Source: Minisyncoccota bacterium (GTDB lineage: Bacteria > Patescibacteriota > Minisyncoccia > Phycocordibacterales > UBA9973). From it: a stretch of 49,056 bases of DNA. Where the stretch lies: positions 1-49,056 of the forward strand of contig DAORIO010000001.1 of the NCBI GenBank assembly GCA_035438585.1, given 5' to 3'. A program made the translations under genes and the position numbers. The notes under the pieces are model-generated. The model did no database searches, had not been told where the DNA came from, and saw only the letters and a program-made list of their open reading frames with translations. Within the stretch, counting starts at the first letter, position 1. Each line of letters starts with the position of its first letter. This document shows positions 33,323 through 41,794 of the stretch, piece by piece.

Positions 33323-33856
33323 ATGATAAATTTTTTACCACAAAATAAGAAAAGAGAAATTGATCGTCTTTTAAATAGGCGAGCTTATATAATTTTGTTT
33401 TTTTGTATTGGAATTATTTTCTTTATTTTTTCTTTATTTTTGACACCTTCTGTTTATTTTTTGAATATGAAAAAGGAGAATTTGAATAATGTCTTGGCGT
33501 TATCTATAGAGCAAAGAAATAGAATTCTTCAGGATACAAAAAATGAAGTTGTGGAATCTAACAATGTTGCCTCTCTTTACCTTAGGGGAAAAGAAAGAGT
33601 TAGTGTTACCGATGTCTACTTCTCTCAAATTATAAAAAATAAACCAGATAGTATTAGTTTGAATAGTTTTTCTTTTAAAGACGGGGATGAAGTCTCGGTA
33701 GACGTTTCTGGAATTTCACCGAGAGTTGAAGCAATTTCTCTTTTTGTTGAAAGTTTGAAATTGGTTCCAAAAGTAGAAGAAGTTGTTGTGACGGATTCAA
33801 AAGAAATCACGGGAGGATTTTTTGATTTTGATATTAGAATTATTTATGAAAAATAG
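33323..33856 (+). CDS. pilN: PilN-like pilus assembly protein
   Basis: MINFLPQNKKREIDRLLNRR, then one TM helix. The ATG at 33323 lies 2 nt after the pilM stop. Confidence 0.6.
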   Translation: MINFLPQNKKREIDRLLNRRAYIILFFCIGIIFFIFSLFLTPSVYFLNMKKENLNNVLALSIEQRNRILQDTKNEVVESNNVASLYLRGKERVSVTDVYFSQIIKNKPDSISLNSFSFKDGDEVSVDVSGISPRVEAISLFVESLKLVPKVEEVVVTDSKEITGGFFDFDIRIIYEK

Positions 33857-34373
33857 TAATAAAAACATTTTATTTGTGACCGCTTTTCTAATTGCCACAT
33901 TGGGTGTTTTTTCAACCACTTTTTTTATCCGAGAAATTATTTTAGGAATAAAATCCTCTTCTGATTTGAAAAGAGATGTTGGAATGTCAGAAGTAATTGA
34001 TCTTTCGATAGAGAATGCACAGAAAGATCTGATTGGATCAAAAGAAAGTATCAATACGTTGGGTGCACTTTTTGCAAATAAAGAAACACTTAAAGATAAA
34101 TTTTCTAAAATAGAAAATGATTTGAATTCGGTTCGAGATACATTTGAGTTTGTGCCTATGGAAAGTAAAGACTCTGAAAATATTGTATTTTCTGGAAAAT
34201 CTACAGGAAAGTTTTCTGAAGTCACAAGGCAATTGCAGATTATTGAAAATCATATTTACCCAATTAAAATTTCAAAAGTAAGTTTAATCAAGACAAATAA
34301 AAATTCGCCTGATTCATGGATTTTGTTTTTTGAGGCAGAGTTTTTAACAAATGAAAAATATGAACAAGAATAA
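33846..34373 (+). CDS. PilO-like bitopic membrane protein
   Basis: The ATG at 33846 overlaps the pilN stop. One N-terminal TM helix plus a coiled segment. Confidence 0.4.
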   Translation: MKNSNKNILFVTAFLIATLGVFSTTFFIREIILGIKSSSDLKRDVGMSEVIDLSIENAQKDLIGSKESINTLGALFANKETLKDKFSKIENDLNSVRDTFEFVPMESKDSENIVFSGKSTGKFSEVTRQLQIIENHIYPIKISKVSLIKTNKNSPDSWILFFEAEFLTNEKYEQE

Positions 34374-34680
34374 AGTTTTTATAAAAAAAGAAATGTCAGA
34401 AGTTTTGACATATAGATGGGGGAGAATACTAAAAATCTCTTTTTGGCTTCTTGTTTTTGGATTTTTGGCATCAGTAGTCTTATTTGTATATTTATACAAA
34501 ACATTTGAAAGACCGGTGCTTGTGGAAGAATCTGAAAAAACACTATTTTTGGACAAGGTTAAAATAAAAGAAGCTGAAAACTTTTATAAAGAGAACGACA
34601 ATTTGATCGAAGTCTTGAAACAGAATAAATCAGAAGCCATTGACCCGAGCGTCGTAAACAGTTATAGTTTGGTTCAGTAA
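34351..34680 (+). CDS. Small bitopic membrane protein, last gene of the pilM-N-O operon
   Basis: ORF track. An alternative ATG at 34393 avoids the overlap. TM helix ISFWLLVFGFLASVVLFVYLY. Confidence 0.4.
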   Translation: MKNMNKNKVFIKKEMSEVLTYRWGRILKISFWLLVFGFLASVVLFVYLYKTFERPVLVEESEKTLFLDKVKIKEAENFYKENDNLIEVLKQNKSEAIDPSVVNSYSLVQ

Positions 34681-34689
34681 AAGATAGTT

Positions 34690-34761
34690 GCCTCCGTAGT
34701 TCAATGGATAAAACGACTCCCTTCTAAGGAGTAGCTCTAGGTTCGATTCCTGGCGGGGGCA
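34690..34761 (+). tRNA. tRNA-Arg (anticodon UCU), no encoded CCA
   Basis: GCCTCCG/CGGGGGC acceptor, loop CTTCTAA, T arm CTAGG-TTCGATT-CCTGG. Confidence 0.9.
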
Positions 34762-34763
34762 CA

Positions 34764-34806
34764 AAACAAAAAACACTACTTAGATTATGAGTAGTGTTTT
34801 TTGTTT
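34764..34806 (+). terminator. 17-bp terminator hairpin after tRNA-Arg(UCU)
   Basis: AAACAAAAAACACTACT (34764-34780) / AGTAGTGTTTTTTGTTT (34790-34806). Confidence 0.7.
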
Positions 34807-34810
34807 ACTA

Positions 34811-34990
34811 TTTTGTCCCTGCCAGGAATCGAACCGAAGGCGCTAATTTTTAAGGAGCGAAGCGACTATAAAAATTAAGCGTTTCGACCGCAGGGAGAGG
34901 CGATTCCTGTACTGACCCTGTAAGGGTCGATATCCTGGCGGGGAAATTAAGCGTTTCGACCGTAGGGGGAAGCGATTCCTGGCCGGCAAT
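34811..34990 (+). ncRNA. tRNA-trailing structured element, variant copy (host tRNA-Arg UCU) with an internal 37-nt duplication
   Basis: TGTCCCTGCCAGGAATCGAACC (34814-34835) is a near reverse complement of the tRNA 3' end. A different long hairpin spans 34839-34881. The shared module is GTACTG + ACCCT-GTA-AGGGT + CGATATCCTGGCGGGG (34909-34943). A 37-nt direct repeat lies at 34873-34909 and 34945-34981 (3 mismatches). Each repeat unit ends in GCGATTCCTG. Confidence 0.65.
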
Positions 34991-35053
34991 CGTGACAAAA
35001 TAACACTTTATGATATAGTTCTTTGGTAATTACAGGTTGTAATTATATTGTGC

Positions 35054-35126
35054 GCGCGGTTAGCTCAGTTGGTAGAGCAGCGCTTTTACACAGCGAAGGT
35101 CAGGGGTTCAAATCCCTTACCGCGCA
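35054..35126 (+). tRNA. tRNA-Val (anticodon UAC), no encoded CCA
   Basis: GCGCGGT/ACCGCGC acceptor, loop TTTACAC, T arm AGGGG-TTCAAAT-CCCTT. Confidence 0.9.
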
Positions 35127-35265
35127 CATGAGCCATGCGAATGGCCGGTAGTGAGTGAACTGCTTCACTCACGTAGGATTTGAAGAGCTTTTCATTATTT
35201 ACGAAGAGCTCTGCTCTGAGAAAATTGAAAAGGTGTACTGAAGCTGTAAGCTTCTAATCCCTTAC
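35127..35265 (+). ncRNA. tRNA-trailing structured element, copy 4 (host tRNA-Val)
   Basis: Hairpin GCCAT-GCGA-ATGGC. Degenerate anti-acceptor CCGGTA. Hairpin GTGAGTGAA-CTGC-TTCACTCAC (35151-35172). GTAGGATTTGAA (35173-35184) is antisense to the T-arm with a 2-nt deletion. The core is GAGCTTTTCATTATTTACGAAGAGCTCTGCTCTGAGAAAATTGAAAAGG. GGTGTACTG follows, then P4 AAGCT-GTA-AGCTT. The sense copy AATCCCTTAC (35256-35265) is identical to 35111-35120. Confidence 0.75.
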
Positions 35266-35310
35266 AAATATTTGTGACCTAATCCCCATAAAACCTATTA
35301 AATAATAAGC

Positions 35311-35342
35311 AACAAAAAGACGCCTTAGGCGTCTTTTTGTTG
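35311..35342. terminator. Bidirectional terminator
   Basis: AGACGCC-TTA-GGCGTCT, flanked by A5 and T5. Confidence 0.8.
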
Positions 35343-35504
35343 CTAGCTATTTTTGTATGATTCTAACATTTCTCTTTTTTCTTCTGGAGTTTTTCCGGTA
35401 ACATCAGCAACTGTTCCGTCAGGCATATTCATCATTTCTCTTGGGCCTGAATCCTGTTCAACTGTATTTGTTGCAGAATCATTATTTTTTGGTTCTTGTT
35501 CCAT
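35343..35504 (-). CDS. Possible 53-aa hydrophilic acidic protein
   Basis: Own translation: MEQEPKNNDSATNTVEQDSGPREMMNMPDGTVADVTGKTPEEKREMLESYKNS. The stop abuts the terminator. Below the track cut-off. Confidence 0.4.
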   Translation of the reverse strand: MEQEPKNNDSATNTVEQDSGPREMMNMPDGTVADVTGKTPEEKREMLESYKNS

Positions 35505-35519
35505 AATATTTCTTGTCTA

Positions 35520-35548
35520 TTGACTAATAATATTTACCATGGTATCAT
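35520..35548 (+). promoter_or_regulatory. Promoter TTGACT-N17-TATCAT
   Basis: TTGACT 35520-35525, TATCAT 35543-35548, ATG 35568. Confidence 0.55.
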
Positions 35549-35567
35549 AAAACAAAAATAAAGTCAA

Positions 35568-36107
35568 ATGGAAAAAGCCCTAAGAATTGTGATTTCTGGG
35601 GAGATTTCCCAGAGGCACTTAGATGTACTTACTAAAGAATCGCAAAATCTTCCTCTTGATGTTAATGTAATTAAAATCGTTATTAAATCCAGGGGTGGTA
35701 ACGCAAACGTTGCAGCTAAAATAGTAAATTTAATTGAAAAATTAAAGTCCAATGGGATGGAAGTTCACACTATTGGGTCTATGTTTGTTTGTTCGGCTGC
35801 ATTTATTGTATTCATACATGGGAGTAAAAGAACTCATATTACCGGTACAATATTTAAAATCGATTTACCCCACAAGGTTGAAAATATTGAACTTTTGTTG
35901 GGTTATTCAGAGACAAGGGATAAGTTGATTGAATTATTAAAACAAAATGAAAGAATAATAAACGCTCGGCAGGAATGGATATCACGGATTGTTCAAAATA
36001 CTAATTTTTCCGCTGAAGATGTTGTAAAATTTGATGCAGAAGGTTTTGAAATTTCAAAAGACGAAATATTCAGATTGGGAATTTGCACTAAAGAGCCAGC
36101 AGTTTAA
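35568..36107 (+). CDS. ClpP/S14-like fold protein, possibly non-catalytic
   Basis: IKIVIKSRGGNANVAAKIVNLIEKLK...VHTIGSMFVCSAAFIVFIHG parallels the ClpP pattern INSPGGS...AASMG. A Ser is present, but the position of the ClpP His (IHQP) reads KIDLP. Confidence 0.4.
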   Translation: MEKALRIVISGEISQRHLDVLTKESQNLPLDVNVIKIVIKSRGGNANVAAKIVNLIEKLKSNGMEVHTIGSMFVCSAAFIVFIHGSKRTHITGTIFKIDLPHKVENIELLLGYSETRDKLIELLKQNERIINARQEWISRIVQNTNFSAEDVVKFDAEGFEISKDEIFRLGICTKEPAV

Positions 36108-36125
36108 TTGCTGGCTTTTCTTGTT
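36088..36125 (+). terminator. Terminator overlapping the stop codon
   Basis: GCCAGCA-GTTTAAT-TGCTGGC, then TTTTCTTGTTTT. Confidence 0.65.
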
Positions 36126-36190
36126 TTATAATGGTTTTCGTGTAATAGTGAAGTAAGTCGCACGATTATTCGAAATAACTTAACTATATT

Positions 36191-36346
36191 ATGGACGAAA
36201 ACAATACAGTAGCTCCAGTAGATGAAAATAATAACGTAGTAACCCCAGTAGGTGAAGAAAGCAATATGGGTGCTGAAATGCCAACAGAAGGATCAGAAAT
36301 GACAGAAACAGAAGAAAAGAAGGAAGAAGAGGAAGCTGAAATGTAG
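36191..36346 (+). CDS. Possible 51-aa hyper-acidic peptide
   Basis: Own translation: MDENNTVAPVDENNNVVTPVGEESNMGAEMPTEGSEMTETEEKKEEEEAEM. TATAAT at 36127-36132 upstream. Terminator ACGCACCC/GGGTGCGT (36355-36373) directly downstream. Confidence 0.35.
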   Translation: MDENNTVAPVDENNNVVTPVGEESNMGAEMPTEGSEMTETEEKKEEEEAEM

Positions 36347-36382
36347 TCGCACAAACGCACCCCTCGGGTGCGTTTTGAAATT

Positions 36383-37156
36383 ATGGAAATTATAAAAGAA
36401 ACAAAAGATTATATTATTTTGAACAAACCGGCTGGTTTGGTTGTTCATGGCGACGGAAGAAGTTGCGATGAAACTCTGTCTGATATTTTAATAAAGAAGA
36501 AAATGGTTCCTATAAATGTAGGGGAGCAGATTTCTGTAGATCGAATTGAAGGTGCTTCTATTTGCAAATTGCCTTCGCACAAATACTTAAAAACTATTTT
36601 GAAAATTTATCGCCCTGGTATTGTGCACCGGCTTGATAAAGATACATCTGGAATTATGATTGTCGCCAAAAACCCAAAATCATTTTTATACTTCAAAACA
36701 CAATTCAAAAAAAGACGAGTTATAAAAAATTACAAGGCAATTGTTTGGGGTAAGATAAATCGCCCAACTTTTGCTATTTCAGCTCCAATTGCTCGAAGTA
36801 TGATGGATTTTAGAAAATACAAAACTGGCAAAAATACTCGAGGAGAAAAAAGAGATGCACTAACAAATTTTAGAGTAATTAAGAGTTTTGAATACAATGG
36901 TGAATGGTTTACATATCTAGAAGCGAGTCCAAAAACCGGAAGAACCCATCAGATTCGAGTTCATTTGGCTCATATTGGAAATCCAATTGTTTCAGATTCT
37001 TTGTATGCTGAGGGCAAGCCTCAAATGCTTGGCTTCAAGCGTCCGGCTTTGCATGCTCACAAGATATATTTTAAAGAAATGGAAGGTGAACAGGTCTCCT
37101 ACGAAGCACAAATGCCAGATGACTTCAAAAAGGCACTAGCACTTGTAAATCTTTGA
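36383..37156 (+). CDS. RluA-family pseudouridine synthase
   Basis: HRLDKDTSG catalytic motif and KTGRTHQIRVHLAHIGNPI. I take the start at ATG 36383, because the track GTG at 36368 lies inside the preceding terminator. Ends with TGA. Confidence 0.85.
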   Translation: MEIIKETKDYIILNKPAGLVVHGDGRSCDETLSDILIKKKMVPINVGEQISVDRIEGASICKLPSHKYLKTILKIYRPGIVHRLDKDTSGIMIVAKNPKSFLYFKTQFKKRRVIKNYKAIVWGKINRPTFAISAPIARSMMDFRKYKTGKNTRGEKRDALTNFRVIKSFEYNGEWFTYLEASPKTGRTHQIRVHLAHIGNPIVSDSLYAEGKPQMLGFKRPALHAHKIYFKEMEGEQVSYEAQMPDDFKKALALVNL

Positions 37157-37211
37157 CACCAAAGCATAAGTGTGATTTAATTCAATAAATTTAAATTAAA
37201 ACTCTGCACTT

Positions 37212-37847
37212 ATGAAAAAAATTGATAAAGAAAGTACGTATAACTTCCTTAGAGCATCACTTATCTTGGTTCAATCATTTGCCGTAACCTTAATCATAGT
37301 ATTTGCCTGGTTAAATTTGAGGCATAAAATTTATTATTTTTTTGGGCTAGATGCAAGTGGTTCTCTGGCGACTGAGCTAGGATCGGATCTTGTTGTGTTT
37401 ATGCCGGCAATGCTTTATGGAGCGCTTCAGGCATTTGTCATCAACAGAATAATGGGCCAGAATAGTAGAATAAAATCAGCAATTGATACTAAAAATGCCC
37501 GGTTATTTTTAGAGGAGAGAGATCGTCGTACTCCAGGAATAGTGCATGTAATGATGTTTACAATTTCTTTCCTAACAATAGGCATGGCTTCTCTTTATCA
37601 GTATTGTTCAGAAGAAGTTGCAATCTTTGCTATAGGGACGTGTACATTTATTGCATCACTTGGGTTTTTTGTGGCAATTGAGCTCGATAATCCATTTAAT
37701 GGTGTTTCTCGAATTCCACCTAGTTGTATCCCAAAAGGTTGGAGTACTATGACAATAGAAGATATTGTTTTTAAAAAAGTTCCAAACTTTGAAAATGGAT
37801 TTCTTTCTGATGGTGGAAGTTATTGTGAATTAGATCAATTTGAATGA
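37212..37847 (+). CDS. Membrane protein, unknown function
   Basis: ORF track. Four hydrophobic helices. IELDNPFNG motif. Confidence 0.5.
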   Translation: MKKIDKESTYNFLRASLILVQSFAVTLIIVFAWLNLRHKIYYFFGLDASGSLATELGSDLVVFMPAMLYGALQAFVINRIMGQNSRIKSAIDTKNARLFLEERDRRTPGIVHVMMFTISFLTIGMASLYQYCSEEVAIFAIGTCTFIASLGFFVAIELDNPFNGVSRIPPSCIPKGWSTMTIEDIVFKKVPNFENGFLSDGGSYCELDQFE

Positions 37848-37878
37848 AAAAAGGGCTGTAAAACAGCCCTTTTTTTTG
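37847..37878 (+). terminator. Rho-independent terminator
   Basis: GGGCTGT-AAA-ACAGCCC, then T8. Confidence 0.8.
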
Positions 37879-37914
37879 CGAGTAATTTAGGAGATTATCA
37901 TTAGTGGAACACTA

Positions 37915-37941
37915 TTGACATTTTGTCTAGTTTGTTATAAT
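37915..37941 (+). promoter_or_regulatory. Promoter TTGACA-N15-(TGt)TATAAT
   Basis: TTGACA 37915-37920, extended -10 TGTTATAAT 37933-37941. Confidence 0.5.
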
Positions 37942-38000
37942 CTGGCAAAAATTGATTAATAAAAATTAACTCAAAAATCGAACATTAAAAACAAAATAAA

Positions 38001-38717
38001 ATGATAAATGAACCACAATCACCACAAAACCAAGGATTCGGGGGTATTTTTACCAAGCTTAAACAAGTAGTCTTCACTGAAGAATATCTCGAAGCCACAG
38101 GTCAAAAAACCCAAAAAACAGAAATTAATCCAAACTCCACAGTATTAAAACCAACAACTTCTCTTAAAACAGAAAATGTTACAGTTTCCAATGGAAATGA
38201 AAATTACGTTAAGGAAATGGTAGAAAAGGTTTACTCGTTTCTTGAAAAAGTTAATAAGCCAGGGATTGATTTTATGGAGCTTTGGAATGCAGCTGAAAAG
38301 ATGGGCGGTGTAACCGAACAGAACTTACAGAATGCTTTCACTGCTCTTAAAATTGCAACCGGTGACACTTTAACAACGGACGAATTGATTCGGTCTGGTA
38401 AATCGTACAAGACTGAAATTAATAAGTTGATTGAATCGAACATCAAAGAAAAGCAAAACGAGCGTTTAAAAATTTTATCTAATCAGGAAAGTGAAAAAAG
38501 TAATCTGGAAACAGAAATTACTGATACTGCAGAGCAAATTGAAATTTTGCAGAAGTCGTTGAATGAAAAGAGAGAAAAACTTGCGTCAATTGACGCAAGG
38601 TATAAGCCGGAGGTATTAAATCTTGAAAATAAAATCTCCGCCGGCTCGAGCGCCCTTAATTTTGTGAATACTGAAATGCAATCTGTGATTGATCTTATCT
38701 CTAAAATTAAATTTTAA
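38001..38717 (+). CDS. Coiled-coil protein, unknown function (cluster gene 1)
   Basis: ORF track. The C-terminal half is heptad-like (KEKQNERLKILSNQESEKSNLETEITDTAEQIEILQKSLNEKREKL). Confidence 0.5.
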   Translation: MINEPQSPQNQGFGGIFTKLKQVVFTEEYLEATGQKTQKTEINPNSTVLKPTTSLKTENVTVSNGNENYVKEMVEKVYSFLEKVNKPGIDFMELWNAAEKMGGVTEQNLQNAFTALKIATGDTLTTDELIRSGKSYKTEINKLIESNIKEKQNERLKILSNQESEKSNLETEITDTAEQIEILQKSLNEKREKLASIDARYKPEVLNLENKISAGSSALNFVNTEMQSVIDLISKIKF

Positions 38718-38742
38718 ACTGAACCTAAAATCAAAAATTGAA

Positions 38743-39849
38743 ATGACACAAAATTCTCAATCAATGACATTGTCTAAGGACGTGTCTACGAAACTCCCAA
38801 TCTTTCAAGTTTTGGGAAACCAGTTACCGGAAAGTTTTAAAACACCGGAAGCAAAGAAAACAGGGTCTAAACTTATGTTTTGGCTGTTGTTTGCAGGTAT
38901 GATTTATGGATTTGTAAAAATCCTTCCAATCATACTGGCTTCAACGTGGATGGCCGTCAAGATTGCCCTCTGTATAGCCGTGTTAACCATTTTTGTTATT
39001 GCTTATCCTCATGTTGTGAATTTACTTCACCGTTTAGGGAGAGTGTTAAACAAAAAAGGTGAAATCGGAATTGCGAAAAAGTTTCACATGGAAACTCTAC
39101 GTAATTTAGAGGAGGACGCAGATGACACTTACAAAAAAGTGCGCACAAGAATTACTCAAGTGGAAGGTGTACGTACTGACATGATTACAAGCGCTGAAGC
39201 GGATAATAAATCTGCCGAAGAAAAGTTTGAACATGTTAGGAAGCTTACAGAAGATGCCGGGAAAGAGGATCAGAAAGCGATAAACTTTCAAAAAGAATTA
39301 AATCATGAGAAATCACGACAGGCTGAACGTAGGGCAAATGAGCTTCGGCAAAATGCAAGTATTCTAAAACTCGAAGGAGAATCCACTATGGAAACAGCTC
39401 GCTCGTATGCTCAGTATGCGAATGAATTTGGTAAGGCTATCGAAATCCTTCGGGATAATGAATCAGCTGCCAAAATATTCAAAAACGCACTTTCTTCAAG
39501 TATTCGTATTATTGAAAAGAAACTTGAAGCAACCGACAAGATGAAGGCAGCTACCGATGGTATTGCTGACATCTTTGGGTTCAAAAACAAGTGGGAATTT
39601 CAGGTAGCGATGGATGCTGCACAATCTAAAATCTCTAACAACATTGCAAGCATCAAGAGAAATCTTGAATTTGTAAATGAAAATAACCTTACTTCACTTA
39701 AAACAGCTTCTCAGTCAGAACTTGAAACATTTGTTCAGAAAATTGATTCCGGACATATGAAAAAACTTAATGTGGCAGAAATTACTGATCCACATTATGA
39801 ATTAAGCAAAGAAGAGAAACCTGATTCTTCATTCAACATTCTTAACTAA
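38743..39849 (+). CDS. Membrane-anchored coiled-coil protein, unknown function (cluster gene 2)
   Basis: I take the start at ATG 38743, because the track start at 38689 overlaps gene 1. Two TM helices (LMFWLLFAGMIYGFVKILPIIL, AVKIALCIAVLTIFVIAY), then about 270 aa of helical sequence. Confidence 0.5.
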   Translation: MTQNSQSMTLSKDVSTKLPIFQVLGNQLPESFKTPEAKKTGSKLMFWLLFAGMIYGFVKILPIILASTWMAVKIALCIAVLTIFVIAYPHVVNLLHRLGRVLNKKGEIGIAKKFHMETLRNLEEDADDTYKKVRTRITQVEGVRTDMITSAEADNKSAEEKFEHVRKLTEDAGKEDQKAINFQKELNHEKSRQAERRANELRQNASILKLEGESTMETARSYAQYANEFGKAIEILRDNESAAKIFKNALSSSIRIIEKKLEATDKMKAATDGIADIFGFKNKWEFQVAMDAAQSKISNNIASIKRNLEFVNENNLTSLKTASQSELETFVQKIDSGHMKKLNVAEITDPHYELSKEEKPDSSFNILN

Positions 39850-39886
39850 ACTAACAATTTCAAAATCTTAAAAACTCAGTATCGAA

Positions 39887-41734
39887 ATGGAAAATAAAAA
39901 TCCTAGTATGTGGAACGGCCTTGCGTGGCCTGTTAAAGCTATCTTAATAGTAATAATAATATGCGCAGTTGGATGGGGTGCGTATTCGCTCAATCTTATT
40001 CCAGGTCTTTCGACCGAAGAATCAAAAGTTGTTGCAAAAGCAGAAATGTCTAAGGAGTCGGTTAACACCACTTCTAAAACAGACATGCTGCCGGTACCAA
40101 ACATTGATGAAATGGATTACGCTGAAGTCGATAACCGTCCTTTAATTAAACTCATGAATTGGGTTTGGTTTGGGAATGCTGGTATCTTCTCTGCAAATGG
40201 TGGTCTCGTTACAATGAAAGGAACACTGATGGATGAATACGGATTAAATGTTCGTATGATTACTAACAATAGTGTTGCTGACATGAAGCGAGAACAACTT
40301 GCGTTTGTTAATGCATTTGCCGCGGGAGAAAAAAATCCAGAAGTCGGAGTAGCCTTCGTTACTGTAATGGGTGATGGTTACCCGGCATACGTTTCTGCGA
40401 TGAATCAGCAGATTGTAAAAGCGTTTGGTCCCGAATATAAATTAAAAGTTATTGGGATAGCCGGATTTAGTCTTGGTGAAGATTGTATTATGGGTCCTAT
40501 TGAGTGGAAAGAAAATCCACAATCAATGAAGGGATGTGTAATATCTGCGGTTATTGGTGATGGTGATTGGGGTCTGGGCGTACGTTTTGGGGGCGGGGAT
40601 AATGGTTTAAAAATCAACCCTGATCCTGATACTTATGATCCGGAAGCTATGAATTTCGTGCCTGCACCTGATGATGATTTTATGAAAGCTGCTGAAGATG
40701 TAATTGCTGGACGTGTCGTTGAGCTTAAAGTCAAAGACTCGAACGGTAAACTTACAGGCAAAACTATTAAGAAAAAAATCGAAGGTGCTGGAACTTGGTT
40801 TCCTGGTGATCGTCTTGTGGCGAAAAAGACAGGATTAGAAAAGGTGGTCTCTACTTCTCAATATCCAAATCAAATGGCAACAGTCATTGTTGGATGCGAT
40901 AAGTGGATGAAACAAAACAGCGATTTAGTTGTTAAGTTTCTAAGTGCTACTCTTACTGCAACAAACCAAATTAAGCAACACGAAGAGTGGTTCAAATATG
41001 CAACGGAACTCGCACCAAAAGTTTTCTGTGTTGACGCCAATGAATGTTCGGAAACAGCAGAAGATTGGTATAACTACGGAAAGCCAAATGGCGGGTTTGT
41101 GAAAAACCAAGATGATGTTTCAGTGTCGGTAGGAGGAACCCAAATGGCGAATCTTGCAGATAACAAAAAATATTTTGGTTTACGTGGTGGAAATGATTAC
41201 TACCGATCTGTTTATGAATATTTCAGTAACGTGATCAGGGAACTCAATCCAGCCGGATTCATGGATAACGTTGATGAGCTGACTCCGTACGAAGACGCCA
41301 TTGATCTTAGTTATCTTAAAAAAGTTAACATTGAAGCTGGTAAAACAGTGCCGGTAGATTACTCGAAAAATAAAGGAGAAGCGTTTGCAAGTCGTTCATG
41401 GAAGATCGAATTTCATAACGGTAAGGCAACAATAACTCCTGAGGGTGAAAAAGTTCTTGAAGAGCTTTTCAATGCCTTAAATATTGCCGAGAATGCCAGA
41501 GTAAAAATCGTCGGATACACTGACGATGTTGGAGCAGATGAGGAGAACGAAAAATTGTCTCTTAGTCGCGCCAAAGCTGTTAAGGCATGGTTGCTTCAAA
41601 GATCTGATAACGCTTTCCCAACAGAAAGATTCGTTCCTGTTGAAGGAAAAGGTGAAAAAGATCCTATCGCTTCAAACTCAAACGAAGCAGGTAGAGCACA
41701 AAACAGAAGGGTAGCAATTACTCTTTTGCAGTAA
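39887..41734 (+). CDS. Membrane-anchored ABC substrate-binding-like domain (NMT1/NitT-TauT type) fused to a C-terminal OmpA-like peptidoglycan-binding domain
   Basis: N-terminal TM helix AILIVIIICAVGWGAY. About 430-aa periplasmic-binding-like region. OmpA signature VKIVGYTDDVGADEENEKLSLSRAKAVKAWL...GRAQNRRVAITL. Confidence 0.65.
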   Translation: MENKNPSMWNGLAWPVKAILIVIIICAVGWGAYSLNLIPGLSTEESKVVAKAEMSKESVNTTSKTDMLPVPNIDEMDYAEVDNRPLIKLMNWVWFGNAGIFSANGGLVTMKGTLMDEYGLNVRMITNNSVADMKREQLAFVNAFAAGEKNPEVGVAFVTVMGDGYPAYVSAMNQQIVKAFGPEYKLKVIGIAGFSLGEDCIMGPIEWKENPQSMKGCVISAVIGDGDWGLGVRFGGGDNGLKINPDPDTYDPEAMNFVPAPDDDFMKAAEDVIAGRVVELKVKDSNGKLTGKTIKKKIEGAGTWFPGDRLVAKKTGLEKVVSTSQYPNQMATVIVGCDKWMKQNSDLVVKFLSATLTATNQIKQHEEWFKYATELAPKVFCVDANECSETAEDWYNYGKPNGGFVKNQDDVSVSVGGTQMANLADNKKYFGLRGGNDYYRSVYEYFSNVIRELNPAGFMDNVDELTPYEDAIDLSYLKKVNIEAGKTVPVDYSKNKGEAFASRSWKIEFHNGKATITPEGEKVLEELFNALNIAENARVKIVGYTDDVGADEENEKLSLSRAKAVKAWLLQRSDNAFPTERFVPVEGKGEKDPIASNSNEAGRAQNRRVAITLLQ

Positions 41735-41749
41735 CTTGTTTGAGGTAAC

Positions 41750-41781
41750 AAAAGGCGTCCAATTTAGGGCGCCTTTTTTAA
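41750..41781 (+). terminator. Terminator-like hairpin inside the cluster
   Basis: AAGGCGTCC-AATTTA-GGGCGCCTT, then T6. Confidence 0.6.
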
Positions 41782-41794
41782 AACTAAATAAAAA

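Noticed and set aside
34814-34900. A reversed tRNA gene or pseudogene on the minus strand (GGTTCGATTCCTGGCAGGGACA).
   Set aside because: Only the T-loop, T-stem 3' strand and acceptor-like strand are present. The would-be T-stem 5' strand, anticodon arm and D arm do not fold. The segment is better explained as the antisense arm of the element.
34873-34981. CRISPR array.
   Set aside because: There are only two copies of a 37-nt direct repeat, which is T-arm related. No further repeats or cas genes are in the window. No CRISPR-like array was seen anywhere else either.
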